Assembly: GCA_963844035.1 (NCBI GenBank)
Contig: CAWJMT010000004.1
Coordinates: 32,001 to 96,000 of the forward strand
DNA length: 64,000 bases
Direction of reading: 5' to 3'
Origin: an uncultured Gemmatimonadales bacterium
GTDB lineage: Bacteria; Gemmatimonadota; Gemmatimonadetes; Gemmatimonadales; GWC2-71-9
The translations under genes were made by a program, and so were the position numbers. Shown here piece by piece: positions 45,353 through 57,163 of this stretch. Below the pieces are notes generated by a model. That model did not search any database. It was not told the origin of the DNA and worked only from the letters and a program-made list of their open reading frames with translations. Numbering within the stretch: the first letter of the stretch is position 1; each line of letters begins with the position of its first letter.

Positions 45353-46103
45353 AGGACCTTCGCTTCCTCTCGCAGCAGACGCACCAGCTCAGGCACCGCT
45401 GCCGCGCCCTCGCCCACGATCCGTCCCGCTTTCCGTTCGGGCGGGAGGGTGAGGGCGAGAACTTCGATGCCGCCCACGGCTAACGCCGTGGGCTTTATCG
45501 TCCAATCGGCTTCTTCTTGGCCGCCATGATTCCCTTGAGCGCGGGATAGCGCGGCTCGTTGAGACCCTTGTCCACCGTGAGCACCGCCGGGAGTGGGAAC
45601 TCGCACACCTCGACGCCGCCTTCAATCTCCCGCTCGGCGACGCCCTTGCCGTCGGCGATCTCGAGGTGCGATACCGCCGTCACGCACGGCAGGCCGAGCA
45701 GCTCGGCCACCATGGGACCGACCTGGTGGTTGTAGTCGTCGATCGCGAGCTTGCCGAACAGGACGAGATCGAACCCGCCGTCCTTGAGCGCCGCCGCCAG
45801 CGCGCGCGCCACCACCAGACCGTCGCCGGGAATCCCGTCGACCTGGAGCAGGACGCCGCGGTCCGCGCCCATGGCGAGCGCCATGCGGATCGTCTCCTGA
45901 GCAGCCGCGGGACCCAGCGAGAAGACGGCAACCTCACCTGCGCCGGCCTGCTCCCGCCGCCGCAGCGCCTCTTCGACGGCAAACTCGTCGTAGGGGTTGA
46001 GGACAAACTTCACCCCCGCTTCGTCGAGGGATTTCCCGTCGGGAGCGATCTTGACCCGGGTTTCGGAGTCGGGGACCCGCTTGATGCAGACAGCGATCTT
46101 CAT
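45349..46103 (-). CDS. etfB: Electron transfer flavoprotein beta subunit (frameshift near 45505)
   Basis: MKIAVCIKRVPD, NPYDEFAVEEAL, ALAMGAD, REIEGG, NEPRYP..KGIMAAKKKP. Confidence 0.96.
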
Positions 46104-46108
46104 GACGG

Positions 46109-48209
46109 CTAGAAACCTACACTTACGCTCGCCAGCAGATGCCGCGGTTGGCCCGGGGTGAGAAACCGCTGCACCGGCGATCCAGGCACCGTGGGGTTCT
46201 CGGCAAAGGTGCCGAACGACGTGTACGAGGCGTCCAACAGATTCGAGAGCATCAGGCGCACCTCGAACCGGCCCGGACTCAGTTCGAGGGAGATATCGGC
46301 GACCACGTAGGCGGGGAGCCGTTCCTCGACGTTCTCTTCGTCCCCCCGCAGGAACTGCGGTCCCACGTAGCGTCCGTCGGCACGCACCCGCACCCGGTCT
46401 TTGAGTGCCGAGACCAGGACGCCGCCGTTCACGCGGTGGGTAGGGATCATCGGCATGCGGTCGCCCGGCACCACCGTCTGGTTCCCGGGCTCGCGGCCGG
46501 TGGCGAGCTCGGCGGTCGTCTCGAACGTCGCGCTCGTGTATCCATAGTTCCCGTAGATCCGCACACCTGACGGAGATACCCAGCGGAGCGACGCTTCGAA
46601 CCCCGCGCGGCGCGTCGCGTCGATGTTCTGGAAGTAGCCCGTCGTCGGGTCGGGTGCCACAAAGAAGATGTCGTCGCGGACATCGGTCCAGTACACGTTG
46701 GCACCCGCGGTCCACCCGGCCACCGGCCGGCGCGTATGCCAGCCCAGCTCGTAGGTCGTCGCCACGACGGGGTTGAGCGGCGGGTCCGCGCCCAGCGCGA
46801 ACGGCAGGGGGCACGCAGCGGTAGGATCGCTGCACGCGATCTCGACCAGCGCGGGCGTTCGGAAGCCGCGGCTCACCGAAGCGAAGATCTCGTGCTGCGC
46901 GAGCCCGGTCCACGACAGCCCGATGCGCGGGCTGATGCGGCGGAACGTGTTGACCCCGCTTTGGTCCGGATCGAGCAGGTCCTCGTACGGAAGCCGGATG
47001 TAGTCGTAGCGCGCTACCACGGTGGCCGCGAACGCGGGGGCGACCTCCCAGCTTGCTCCCGCGAATGCTCCCAGATTCGCCTGGTTCGCTCGCACCGAGT
47101 CGGTGAGCGAGTCGACCCCACTCTCCGGCACCGCATACAGGCCCACCACCGTGTGCGAGTAGTCGCCGTCCACACCGGCGAACCACCGCAGTGGGCGGCG
47201 GGCGAGGTGCGCGCTGCCGGTCACCTGCATCGCACCGCCGCCAATTCCTTCATGCGTGCGCTGGCGCGAATCCGGGGGATCGGCATTCCCGTTGAACCCG
47301 TCGGCGACCAGGCTGCGCCCGAAGACATTGAACGCGAGCTGTGCGGAGCCCAGCCTTCCGCTGCGCGTTCAGGGTCACGAGATGGCTCAGCGGCGCAAAG
47401 TAGTCGGCGCTGAAGTTGCTGTCGGGGTGAGTCGCCACGACGTCCTCGGGAAGGCTGCCGGCCTGATGGATGAAGTTGTCCGCCCCGCTGTAGCTGAGCG
47501 TGGCGTCCCAGGTCGCGGTGAGGAGGCCAAGCTTCGCGAATGCGGTCGCGATACGGCTCTCCGTCATTTGCCGCCAGCCGTCCTCGTGCTCGTAGCGCAA
47601 GCCGACGTAGTAGTCCCACATCCCGTGCCGGTCGCCCGTTTGCAGCTTCGCTTCGTAGCGGCCGAAGCTCCCTCCCGAAAGCTCCACCCCGTGCTGTCCC
47701 GGAGCCTCGCCGCGGCGCGTCACGAGATTGACCGCGGCCCCGAGCGAGTTGCGGCCGAACAACACCGAGGGGCCGTACACCACATCCACCCGCTCTACGT
47801 CCTCGAGCGGGAGGATGTCGAAGTTCACCTCGTTGGCGTCCGGCTCATTCACGCGCACGCCGTCCACGTACACCGTGATCCCCTGCGGCAGGCCGACCGT
47901 GGGAGAAACCTGAAAGCCACGCAGGGTCACGTCGAGCTGTGCCGGAGCACCGAGCTCATCGGCGGTCGTGACGCCCGGCAGCTCCTCCAACGCGTCCGCG
48001 AGGGTGCGCACGCCGCGCGAGTCCAGGTCCGTCCCGTCGAGCGTGGCGGTGCGACCCGTGAGTCCGCGGACGACCTCGCTCACCGCGGGCAGCCGCGTGG
48101 CGTTCACGACGACGGGCGTGAGCGTCACGGTGTCTTTGGGGAGCGTGTCGGGTTGCTGGGCAGTGGCGGCGAGAGGGAGGGCGACGAAGAGAATCACAAA
48201 GCGAGGCAC
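46109..48209 (-). CDS. TonB-dependent receptor (frameshifts at about 47240-47350)
   Basis: Signal peptide; TonB-box-like VVVNAT; plug LRGF...VYVDGV, ERVDVVYGP, GAAVNLVT; C-terminal SNLLD...PGQPR...VGF. Confidence 0.92.
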
Positions 48210-48285
48210 GACGGAACGACGGCACGTTACCCGAGCAAGGCGGCGGTCTTGCGGGCAACGTGCCGTCCTGCCGTCGTGCGCCGTT

Positions 48286-49473
48286 TCAACTAAAAGCATT
48301 CAACCCAGTAATCTCCTGCCCCAGGATCAGCGTGTGGACGTCGTGCGTGCCCTCGTACGTGTACACCGACTCGAGATTGGCGAGATGCCGCATCGCCTGA
48401 TACTCGGCGAGGATCCCGTTGGCGCCGAGCAGGCGCCGCGCTTCGCGCGCCACGTCGGTCGCCATCGAGACGTTGTTGCGCTTGGCGAGCGAGACCTGTT
48501 GCGGGGTCATCTTGCCCTGATCCTTGAGCCGGCCGAGCTGCAGGCAGAGGAGCTGCCCCTTGGTGATCTCGGTGAGCATCTCGACCAGCCGGGCCTGCTG
48601 TAGCTGAAATCCGCCGATCGCCTTGCCGAACATCACGCGCGCCTGGGCATAGCTCACCGCCTCGGCGTAGCACGCCATCGCGGCTCCGACGGCGCCCCAG
48701 GCGATGCCGTAGCGCGCCGCGGTCAGACACGACAGTGGGGCTTTGAGACCGGCGGACTTGGGGAGCAGCGCGTCGCGGGGGACGCGGACGTCCTGCAGCA
48801 CGATCTCGCTCGTGTCGCTCGCGCGCAGACTCAGCTTCCCGGTCTGGTCTTTGGCGGAGAAGCCCGGGGTGTCGGTCGGCACGAGGAACCCGCGGATCGA
48901 TCCCGGATCGTCGAGCGCCCCGGTCTTGGCCCACACAACGGCCACGTGCGCGGTGGATCCATTCGTGATCCACATTTTCGCGCCGTTCAACACCCAGCCG
49001 TCCTTGGTTTCCTTCGCCACGGTAATCAGGCCGGCGGGGTTGGACCCGTAGTCAGGCTCCGTCAGGGCAAAGCAGCCTATCACGCTGGCCTTAGCCATCT
49101 GCGGCAGCCAGTGCCGCTTCTGTTCTTCCGACCCGAACTCGTAGATCGGATACATCACTAGCGCGCCCTGCACCGAGGCGAACGAACGAACTCCGGAATC
49201 GCCGCGCTCGAGCTCCTGCATGATCAGGCCGTAGGCCACGTTGTTCAGCCCGGCGCATCCGTACTCTTCGGGCAGATTGGCGCCGAACAGCCCCAGCTCG
49301 GCCATGGCGGGAACGAGCTGCTTGGGAAACGTGCCCTTGATGTAGTGCTCACCGATGATCGGCAGGACCTGGCTGTCTACCCAGGCGCGCACCGTGTCGC
49401 GCACGGCGCGCTCTTCCTCGGACAGAAGACCGTCGGTGTCGTAGAAATCCACGCCATGAAACGTGGGAGCCAT
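48286..49473 (-). CDS. Glutaryl-CoA dehydrogenase-like acyl-CoA dehydrogenase
   Basis: ELERGDSGVRS, GCFALTEPDYGS, NGAKMWITNG, KLSLRAS, ARYGIAWG, LESVYTYEGT. Confidence 0.92.
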   Translation of the reverse strand: MAPTFHGVDFYDTDGLLSEEERAVRDTVRAWVDSQVLPIIGEHYIKGTFPKQLVPAMAELGLFGANLPEEYGCAGLNNVAYGLIMQELERGDSGVRSFASVQGALVMYPIYEFGSEEQKRHWLPQMAKASVIGCFALTEPDYGSNPAGLITVAKETKDGWVLNGAKMWITNGSTAHVAVVWAKTGALDDPGSIRGFLVPTDTPGFSAKDQTGKLSLRASDTSEIVLQDVRVPRDALLPKSAGLKAPLSCLTAARYGIAWGAVGAAMACYAEAVSYAQARVMFGKAIGGFQLQQARLVEMLTEITKGQLLCLQLGRLKDQGKMTPQQVSLAKRNNVSMATDVAREARRLLGANGILAEYQAMRHLANLESVYTYEGTHDVHTLILGQEITGLNAFS

Positions 49474-49483
49474 GGGCCCTCGG

Positions 49484-50352
49484 TTACCCCTGGGCGACGG
49501 CCTTTTCGAGCGGCGCCGCCTTGGCCGCACTGCCGCGCGCGAAGGCGAACGTATCCGATGCCTGGAATCGTTTGCGCTGGCCGTCCCAGCGGAAAAAGGT
49601 GACGTGGACGGCGGTCGACTCGATCGTCACAAAGTTGAAGCTCGACGGCCGCCCGCCCCGCGCCGGCGTGCAGAGGGTCCCGGCCGTCGAGACGACGACC
49701 CGATCTCCCAGCATGTCGGCTGCCTCCTGATGATCGTGCCCGCACAGCACGACCTCGGCCCCCGATGCCAGGATGTGACGGTGCGCCCGCTGCCAGAGCG
49801 GCGAGACCCATGCGGCGCGAGATGTCGCCCCGCAGCACGTTGTGGTGCAGGACGAGCACGCGCGCCAGCCCGGGCGCCGCCTCGCTGAACACCTCGCGGA
49901 CGCGCAGCGCTTCGCGCTTCGGGAAGATTCCCCATCACCGCCAGGTCCCGCATCGCGCCCCGTCAGCGACGACCAGCCCGATGCCGTTGGCCGTCAGCGC
50001 GCCCGCGATCACCGCGCCCGGGACGGTGAGCGTCGGCGTGAGGTCCTCCCCGAAATACTGGCGGTACTTGCGGTACAGCATCTCGCGCCCGAACGGCAGG
50101 AATGGACGCCACCACCACGCCACGTCGTGGTTGCCGGGCAGCGACGTACACGGGAGCGGTCTTGGCGGCCAGATTCACGAACGCGCGCGCGCGCTGAAAC
50201 TCCCCGTGGCGCGCACGCTGCGCGAGGTCGCCCGACAACACCACGACGTCGGGATGCAGGTCCGGGATCATGCCCTCGAGCGCTTCGACCTGTCGCACGT
50301 CGGCGTGGCCGCCGAAGTGCAGATCGGAGACGTGGAGCAGCTGCACCGTCAC
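49484..50352 (-). CDS. CpdA/Icc-like metallophosphoesterase (frameshifts)
   Basis: LHVSDLHFG, LSGDL, GNHD, VLHHN, LCGHDH across frames. Confidence 0.85.
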
Positions 50353-51743
50353 GAGTCCACCTGCACGGTGTACGTGAGCATCGCTTCGCCCTTGGCCGGC
50401 ACGCGCGACACGGAAGCGGACTTCCGCGGCGGACAGCTTCTCAGCGGGGAGGCTGCTCGCGGTCACGACCCACTGCCCGGAGCGCGTCTCGCGCACGTCC
50501 ACCGTCACGGGAACAGCCTTCGCATTCCGCAGGGTGACGCGATAGGCGGCGGTGAAGCGCTGGCGCACCGGAAGACCGCGTCTGACTCGGCGCGATCTGC
50601 TCCTGGCCGATAGTCGGTCTGGACCCGCTCCGCGGTCACGTCGAACGCATCACCCGACTGGACGCGGAGGTCGCGACCCGGCGCCGTGTGGTCGGTCGCC
50701 GCCTCCCCAATGAGCTGCAGGCGGCCCGCCGAGTCGGCCTGGTAGAGCTGCATCGTGCCGCCCGGCAGCGGCCGCTCGCCGAACGCGCTGCCACGCGGAC
50801 GCGCCAGCGTGTACCACACCTGCACCGGCACCCGGTCCGGCTCCGCGGGATTCGGCCTGCAGGTAGCCCAGGAACGGCAGCGCGCCGGGCACGATCAGCT
50901 CCTGCGTGACGGCCGCGACCGCCCGCGGGAACAGGGCGGTCGTCACCGGCACGCCCGGCTCCAGGTTGATGCGCGCGGGCAACGTGTACACGTGCGTCTC
51001 CCCCACTGCCTCCTCACCCGCCGACTCCTGTTCCCGGACGAGCATGGCCGGTCTGGCGCGAATACCCGACATCTTCGGGGCAGGGGCAGGCGCGCACGGC
51101 CGATCGTGCCGGCCACGAGCTGTACCGACGCGCTCTCGGCGCGGATGCGCTGTGACGTGACCGTCGCAGCCCCGGAGACCGACGCGCGTCCCGCCCCGAG
51201 CACCGCCTGATACACGGCGAACCAGCGGGCGCCTTCCGTGACGTACGCCAGCTCGGTGCTGGGGCGCGCCCGCGCTGCCTCGAGGACGAGCGATGCCTGC
51301 GGCGTCGTGCGCACCAGCTCCGGCGGAAAGAGCGGCTCGCCGGGTTCGACCAGCAGGAGCCGTCCGTCCGGCGAGGCGGTACTGCGGCGGAGTCGCTCGC
51401 ACCACCGTGGCACGCACCGTGTCGCCCTTCCCTCGAACGAACGCCAGCGTTTGGCCCAACGGCGAGCTCCAGCGCCGCACTCCGCTCGGTGGCGGGCCGC
51501 AGCACCGCCGACACGACCGTCACGGACGTGTCCGGGGAAAACAGCGTCGCGAGGTCGGTCTCATCGAGCGCCAGCGTCAGCGCATTTCTCCCCTTCTCGA
51601 GCGGCCTGGGGGAGCGAGCGTCGCACCACCACGCGACCGTCGCTATAGATGGAGAGCGACGTCTGACCTGCGAGCGGTCCCACGAGCAGGAACAGCAGCA
51701 CTGAAAGCTGACGGCTGATCGCTGAGAGCTTCATCTCTGCCAT
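50349..51743 (-). CDS. DUF4139-like secreted protein (many frameshifts)
   Basis: SLSIYSDGRVVVRR, ELAYVT..ARW, EEAVGETHVYTLP, PLPGG..LYQAD..GRLQLIGE...DHT, GDAFDV. Confidence 0.75.
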
Positions 51744-51749
51744 TCGAGT

Positions 51750-51944
51750 GCGACCTTCTTCACGATTCGATAGGTGAGATAGTACCAGATGAGCGATGGT
51801 CAGGGCAGCGACGATGCGGCCGGTCGCCCGCCACGCAGGTGCCAGCGGTCGCATCATCACGACCAGGTACACGCCGACCAGCAGCGTGCTGCCGATCGCC
51901 CACCAGCGCGCCACGCGCGAGGCCCGGCGCTCCGCCGGTGTCAC
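51750..51944 (-). CDS. Small membrane protein (reads in frame into the DUF4139 gene, possibly through an error)
   Basis: VTPAERRASRVARWWAIGSTLLVGVYLVVMM...; GTG overlaps the upstream stop. Confidence 0.45.
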
Positions 51945-52596
51945 GGCAGCCCTGGCGTGAGTTTCTTCACCGCGCGGGTCAGGGCCGTCCATGGATCGTC
52001 GCCCTCCCCCGTCGCCAGCGTGCGCCACTGGATGGCCCCGGTGCGGATGTCGGCCAGGACCAGCGAAAGCTCGGCCATGCCCGTGTGCACTCCCGCAGGG
52101 CGTGGCACCCCCGGGGCGGCGGGCGGGAGCCGGAAAATGAGCGCCGCGGGAACGAACACGTAGCGGCCACCACCGCCACCCGAGAGCGCCGCGAGCGTGC
52201 GCACCTGGCCGCGTAGCGGATCGGGGATGCTCGTCAGGTTCTCCACCCGGAGCACCGCGGTCCCAAGCTGATCGGGGTCAGGCGCGATCCCGGGCGCCCG
52301 ACGCGCCGCCCGGCGCACGTCGCGCGGCCCGCACCCACGCGACCTCGGGCGCGCGGGCCGTCAGCAACTCTCCGATTACGCTGTCGGCGCGCATCAGGGT
52401 GACGTGCCGGTCCGGCAACGTCCAGTGCAAGGAATCGTCGATGGCGACGAGCGTGAGCGGGAGCATCACCACCGACTGACCGGAGAGGCCGGTCGTCGGC
52501 AGGGGCGCCGTCGGCGGGATGGGTGGCACTCGGTCTCCGCCGCGGGCTTGTGACCGCACCCCGCCGTGATGCACGCGGAGATCCACGCCAGGCGTA
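51941..52596 (-). CDS. Hypothetical lipoprotein (frameshifts)
   Basis: Lipobox-like ITAGC; PLPTTGLSGQSVVMLP; DPLRGQVRTLAAL; LADIRTGAIQWR. Confidence 0.65.
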
Positions 52597-52659
52597 CTAA
52601 GTGTTTGTTGCGCAATGGATTAGTCTCTTGGAGGAATATCGTGCCCGGCCGCGGCTTTT

Positions 52660-53455
52660 TCAAGCGAGGGTGAGCCCACCGTCCACCACGATCACCTGAC
52701 CGGTGATGTGCCGCGCCGCGTCGCTGCAGAGGAACGTGATCACCCGCGCGACATCTTCCGGTTCCGCCACGCGTCCCAGCACCGACTCGTGCTCCGCCCG
52801 CTCCAGGATCTCGCGGGGCAGCTTGGCGAGCGAGCTCGGTCTTCACGAATCCGGGCGCCACCGCGTTCACGTTGATATTGGACGAACCGAGGTCGACCGC
52901 GGCCGACTTGGTGAGACCGATGAGCGCCGCCTTGCTCGCGGCGTAGTTTGAAACGCCAAAGCCCGGCTGGAAGGCCTGGTGACTCGCCACATTGACGATC
53001 TTGCCGTAGCGCTGAGCGCGCATGTGCTGGGCGACCACCTGAATGCAATTGAACGACCCGGTGACGTTGGTGTCGATCACGTCCTTCCAGGCTTCCACCG
53101 ACAGCCGCCATAGCGCGCCGTCGTGGGTGACGCCGGCGTTGTTGACCAGGCAGTGCACTCCGCCCAGGCGCTTGCGCGCCTCGGCGACGAACTGCTCCAC
53201 CTCGTCGTGGTTTCTGACGTCGCACCGCGCACAATACACCGGCACGCCGTGCGCGCGGATGGCGGTCTCGGTGAGAAGCGCCTGGGCAGCGACGTCCCGG
53301 TCGGGGAGATCGAGATAGTTGAAGGCGACGGCCGTGCCCTGCTGGGCGAATTCGAGGCACGTAGCGCGGCCCAGGCCGGTGGCGCCGCCGGTGACAATCG
53401 CGACGCGGCCCTGAACCGTTTCAGCGAGCCTTTGGGCGCGGGGCTGCTCCTGCAC
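52660..53455 (-). CDS. Short-chain dehydrogenase/reductase (FabG-like; frameshift near 52830)
   Basis: [20 protein letters not shown] (YxxxK), [18 protein letters not shown]. Confidence 0.93.
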
Positions 53456-53572
53456 GGATGCCCCGCCCGGCGCGGTCTCGCGCGCGGCCAACGTCCAGGC
53501 AATCGGTTGCAAGTGTTTCGAACCTATGCCCGAATTTGAACATCGGCAAGGCGCGCCGTAGGTTACGACCTC

Positions 53573-55615
53573 ATGAAACGATTGGCCTCCGCGCTGGTCT
53601 GGGGTGCGATCGCCGTGCTCGGCGCGGCCGCGTTCGGCGTGCTCGCCCTCTCCCGCGGCGAGTCCATCAACGCCGCGTGGCTCCTGATCGCCGCCCTGTG
53701 CAGCTACAGCATCGGCTACCGGTTCTACTCGAAGTTCCTCGCCACCCGGGTCTTCGGCCTCGACGACCGCCGCGCGACGCCGGCCGAGCGGCTCAACAAC
53801 GGGCGGGACTTCGTCCCCACCAACCGCTGGGTGCTGTACGGCCACCACTTCGCCGCCATCGCGGGCGCCGGACCGCTCGTCGGTCCGGTGCTGGCCGCGC
53901 AGTTCGGCTTCCTGCCGGGCACGCTGTGGCTGGTGATCGGGGTCGTGTTTGCCGGGGCGGTGCAGGACTTCACGATTCTGTTCTGCTCGCTGCGGCGCGA
54001 CGGCAAGTCGCTCGGTCACATGGCGAAGGACGAGATCAACGCGCTGACCGGGATGGCCGGCATGGTCGCCGTGCTGCTGATCATGATCATCCTGCTCGCC
54101 GTGCTGGCGCTGATCGTGGTGAACGCGCTCAAGGCGTCGCCGTGGGGGCTGTTCACCATCGCCTGCACTATTCCCATTGCCCTGTTGATGGGCTGGTGGA
54201 TGAAGCAATGGCGCCCCGGAAGGGTGGGCGAAGCGTCGATCGCAGGCGCCCTGCTGCTCCTGGCCGCCCTGGTGGGTGGCGGGTACGTGGGCCACCATCC
54301 GATCCTTGGCCCCCTGTTCACGCACTCCGGCACGTCGCTCGTCTGGATGATGCTGGCCTACGGCTTCGTGGCATCGGTGTTGCCGGTGTGGATGCTGCTC
54401 GCGCCGCGCGACTACCTGTCCACCTTCTTGAAGATCACGACGATCTTTGTGCTGGCCCTCGCCTTGTTCATCCTGCTGCCCCAGCTCAAGATGCCGGCGC
54501 TGACGCCGTTCGCCCTGCTCGGCGAAGGACCGGTGTTCGCCGGCAAGGTGTTTCCGTTCGCCTTTATCACGATCGCGTGCGGGGCCATTTCGGGGTTTCA
54601 CGCCCTGATAGCGTCGGGCACGACGCCCAAGATGATCTCGCGCGAAAGCGACGCCCGGTTCATCGGCTACGGCGGCATGCTGATGGAATCGTTCGTGGGG
54701 GTCATGGCGATGATCGCGGCATGCATCCTCGATCCGGGCGTCTACTTCGCGATGAACACCACCCCTGCCGCGCTGGCTCAGGCGTCGCAGGTGTTGCAGC
54801 AGGCCGGATTCGTCGTGACTCCGGAGACGATGCAGCAGCTCGCCGCCCGCATGGGTGAGCTGACGCTGGTCGCGCGCACGGGTGGCGCCCCCACGCTCGC
54901 CGTCGGCATGGCGCAAATCTTCTCGAGCGTGACGCAGGTGTTCGGCGGGCGGGCGCTCGAGGCGCTGTGGTATCACTTCGCCATCATGTTCGAGGCGCTG
55001 TTCATTCTGACCACGATCGACGCCGGCACGCGCGTGGGCCGGTTCATGCTGCAGGAGATCCTGGGCCACGTGTGGCCCAGGTTCGGCCAGACGTCGTGGT
55101 ATCCGAGCGTGCTGCTCGCGAGCGCCGTGGTGGTCGCGGGGTGGGGCTACTTCCTGTATCAGGGCGTTGTCGACCCGCTCGGCGGCATCAATTCGCTCTG
55201 GCCCCTGTTCGGCATCTCGAATCAGCTGCTCGCGGCGGTCGCGCTGTGTGTGGGCACGACCGTGATCATCAAGATGGGCCGGGCCCGCTACGCTTGGGTG
55301 ACGCTCGTGCCGCTCGCCTGGCTCGTGACGATTACGATGACGGCGGGGTGGCAGAAGGTGTTCGCAGCGGACCCCAAGCTGGGGTTCCTCGCGCACGCCG
55401 CGTCGCTCGCGGGTTCGGCGCAGCCCAATGTGGGGCGGATGGTCTTCAATGACGCTGACCGTCTGGATGCCGGCGTGGCGCTGCTGTTCATGTCCATCGT
55501 GTCCCTGCTCGTGCTGTCGTCGGTGCGGGAATGGTGGCTCATTCTGTCCAAGCGGAAGACGCCGGTATTACACGAGGCGGCCTATGTGGAGAGTGCGTAT
55601 GCGGCGGGAGACTGA
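53573..55615 (+). CDS. cstA: Carbon starvation protein A family transporter
   Basis: GHHFAAIAGAGPLVGP, LAPRDYLST, IACGAISGFH, RTGGAPTLAVG, TTIDAGTR, LWPLFGISNQLLA. Confidence 0.97.
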   Translation: MKRLASALVWGAIAVLGAAAFGVLALSRGESINAAWLLIAALCSYSIGYRFYSKFLATRVFGLDDRRATPAERLNNGRDFVPTNRWVLYGHHFAAIAGAGPLVGPVLAAQFGFLPGTLWLVIGVVFAGAVQDFTILFCSLRRDGKSLGHMAKDEINALTGMAGMVAVLLIMIILLAVLALIVVNALKASPWGLFTIACTIPIALLMGWWMKQWRPGRVGEASIAGALLLLAALVGGGYVGHHPILGPLFTHSGTSLVWMMLAYGFVASVLPVWMLLAPRDYLSTFLKITTIFVLALALFILLPQLKMPALTPFALLGEGPVFAGKVFPFAFITIACGAISGFHALIASGTTPKMISRESDARFIGYGGMLMESFVGVMAMIAACILDPGVYFAMNTTPAALAQASQVLQQAGFVVTPETMQQLAARMGELTLVARTGGAPTLAVGMAQIFSSVTQVFGGRALEALWYHFAIMFEALFILTTIDAGTRVGRFMLQEILGHVWPRFGQTSWYPSVLLASAVVVAGWGYFLYQGVVDPLGGINSLWPLFGISNQLLAAVALCVGTTVIIKMGRARYAWVTLVPLAWLVTITMTAGWQKVFAADPKLGFLAHAASLAGSAQPNVGRMVFNDADRLDAGVALLFMSIVSLLVLSSVREWWLILSKRKTPVLHEAAYVESAYAAGD

Positions 55616-55651
55616 GGGCGGGCCGGCGGGCAGGCGGGCTGGCGGGCGGTT

Positions 55652-55811
55652 GTGCGGATCGCCTCGGTGCTCCGGCGCATCGTCGGGGCCCCCGACTACG
55701 CGGCCTATCTCGAGCATTGTCGCAGCGCCGGCCATCCCGCACTGCTCAGCGAGCGGGAATACGTGAGCGGAGTTCTTCGAGCGAAAGGGCCGCTCGGTCC
55801 GCTGCTGCTAG
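55652..55811 (+). CDS. YbdD/YjiX family small CstA-associated protein (frameshift near 55767)
   Basis: RIVGAPDYAAYLEH...LSEREY...RCC*, directly after cstA. Confidence 0.85.
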
Positions 55812-55926
55812 GGTTACCCAGGCGTGACTCGCGAGATGCGATCTCGAGGATGTCGCACGCGGGAATTTGCTTTTCCTCGGCGGCCGAGCGTATGCTACTT
55901 TGTGTCACCGGTAACCCCTGGGAGTC

Positions 55927-56324
55927 ATGATGCCGGTGACCGCAAAACTGTCCCGCAAGTTCTACGAGCGGCTCGGCGACGATGTCGCGAACGAGCTGGT
56001 GGAGTGGTTCAACCAGGTGGATGCAACGTATCGCGGCGAGCTGCGCGAGCTGAATGAGCTGAATTTCACCCGGTTCGACGCCAAACTCGAGCAGCGCACT
56101 GCCGCTCGACGCCAAGCGGATGCGGCGGATCGGCGAGGTCCGAAGCGAAATCGCGGAGACCTCGCGGAGTCGAGGGGCGGTTGCTCGGCCGCATCGGTGT
56201 GGTGGAGGGCCGGTTCGGCACGCTAGAAGGCCGGATGGTACGCTGGATGTTCCTGTTCTGGGTGGGTCAGGCCGCCACCACGGTAGGGTTGGTCTTCGGC
56301 GTGGTGCGGCTGATCGGTCGCTAA
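55927..56324 (+). CDS. Coiled-coil protein with C-terminal TM anchor (DUF1640/CCDC90-like; frameshifts)
   Basis: MPVTAKLSRKFYERLGDDVANELVEWFN...FDAKLEQR...RWMFLFWVGQAATTVGLVF. Confidence 0.7.
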
Positions 56325-57163
56325 CTACTCCCCACCGACTCCCTGCCTGTCACGGCGAAGCTGTCCGTTTGGGTCGACGACTCTTGGCCACTGAGTCACA
56401 ATTCGAGCGAGCTCCCGCGCGCGGCGCAGCACCTCGCGCGTCGCGGGGTCAGGCTCGCGGCCGCTCAGCGCCAGGTACCGTTCCAGCACGTCCGCCTCGC
56501 TCGCAGCGAGGTGCCATTCGCCGGCCGTGAGCAGCGCCTCGAGGTATAACCGACAGGACGCTTCATCGTCCTTGTAGACGTCGCGCACCCGTTTGGCGAC
56601 CTCGAGCGCTCTCGCAATCTGTCCAGTGCCGAGCGATCGCCGCACCAGCGCCTCGGCCGTCCGGCAGAACATCCGCCGTAGCCGGTAGCGCTCCAGCTCG
56701 GCCCACTCCTCGAATCCGTGTACCCCAGGCCCCAGCACCCCCGGCAGGAACTCCCCGCCGTACACATCCACTGCCCGCTCGAGGGCGCTCTGCTCCACGG
56801 CGGCGATGAACTCGTCCCGATCCACGTTCACTGCTGCGGACAGCACGACGTCGCCATGCGAGCACTCGATTGCGCCCCGACCGATGCGCCGCCGCAGCTG
56901 CAGACCGCCTGGCGGAGGTCAGGGTGGCCTCGTCGCCGAGTCCCGTCCGACCAGAGCAGCTCCACCAGCTCGTCGCTCCTCGCCCGGCGAGCCGGCCGGC
57001 AGGTGAGATGGGCAACGAGGGAGCCGAGCTTTCCGGGGCCGAGGACGCGAACGGGGGGACCCCCTGCCACGATGCGGGACAGGGAGACGGCGCCGAGCGT
57101 GACGAGCAGATAGGCAGCACGTCGGCTGCGCGAGTGACGCTGAAGTGACTTTCCTGCGGCCAT
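56325..57163 (-). CDS. SARP-type regulator (wHTH + BTAD), short form; frameshifts
   Basis: LVTLGAV, ELVELLWS..., LRQA, VDRDEF, YGGEFLPG, FEEWAELER, DEASCRLYLEAL..AG, EPDPAT. Confidence 0.8.

Noticed and set aside
52466..55396. Long antisense ORFs (e.g. 976 aa opposite cstA; others opposite glmS, ubiD and guaB)
   Set aside because: These are shadow ORFs expected in high-GC DNA. Only the SDR part of the 976-aa ORF has real motifs.
55652..55811. Selenoprotein in the YbdD/YjiX family
   Set aside because: It ends Cys-Cys-TAG, with no in-frame TGA at the Cys positions.
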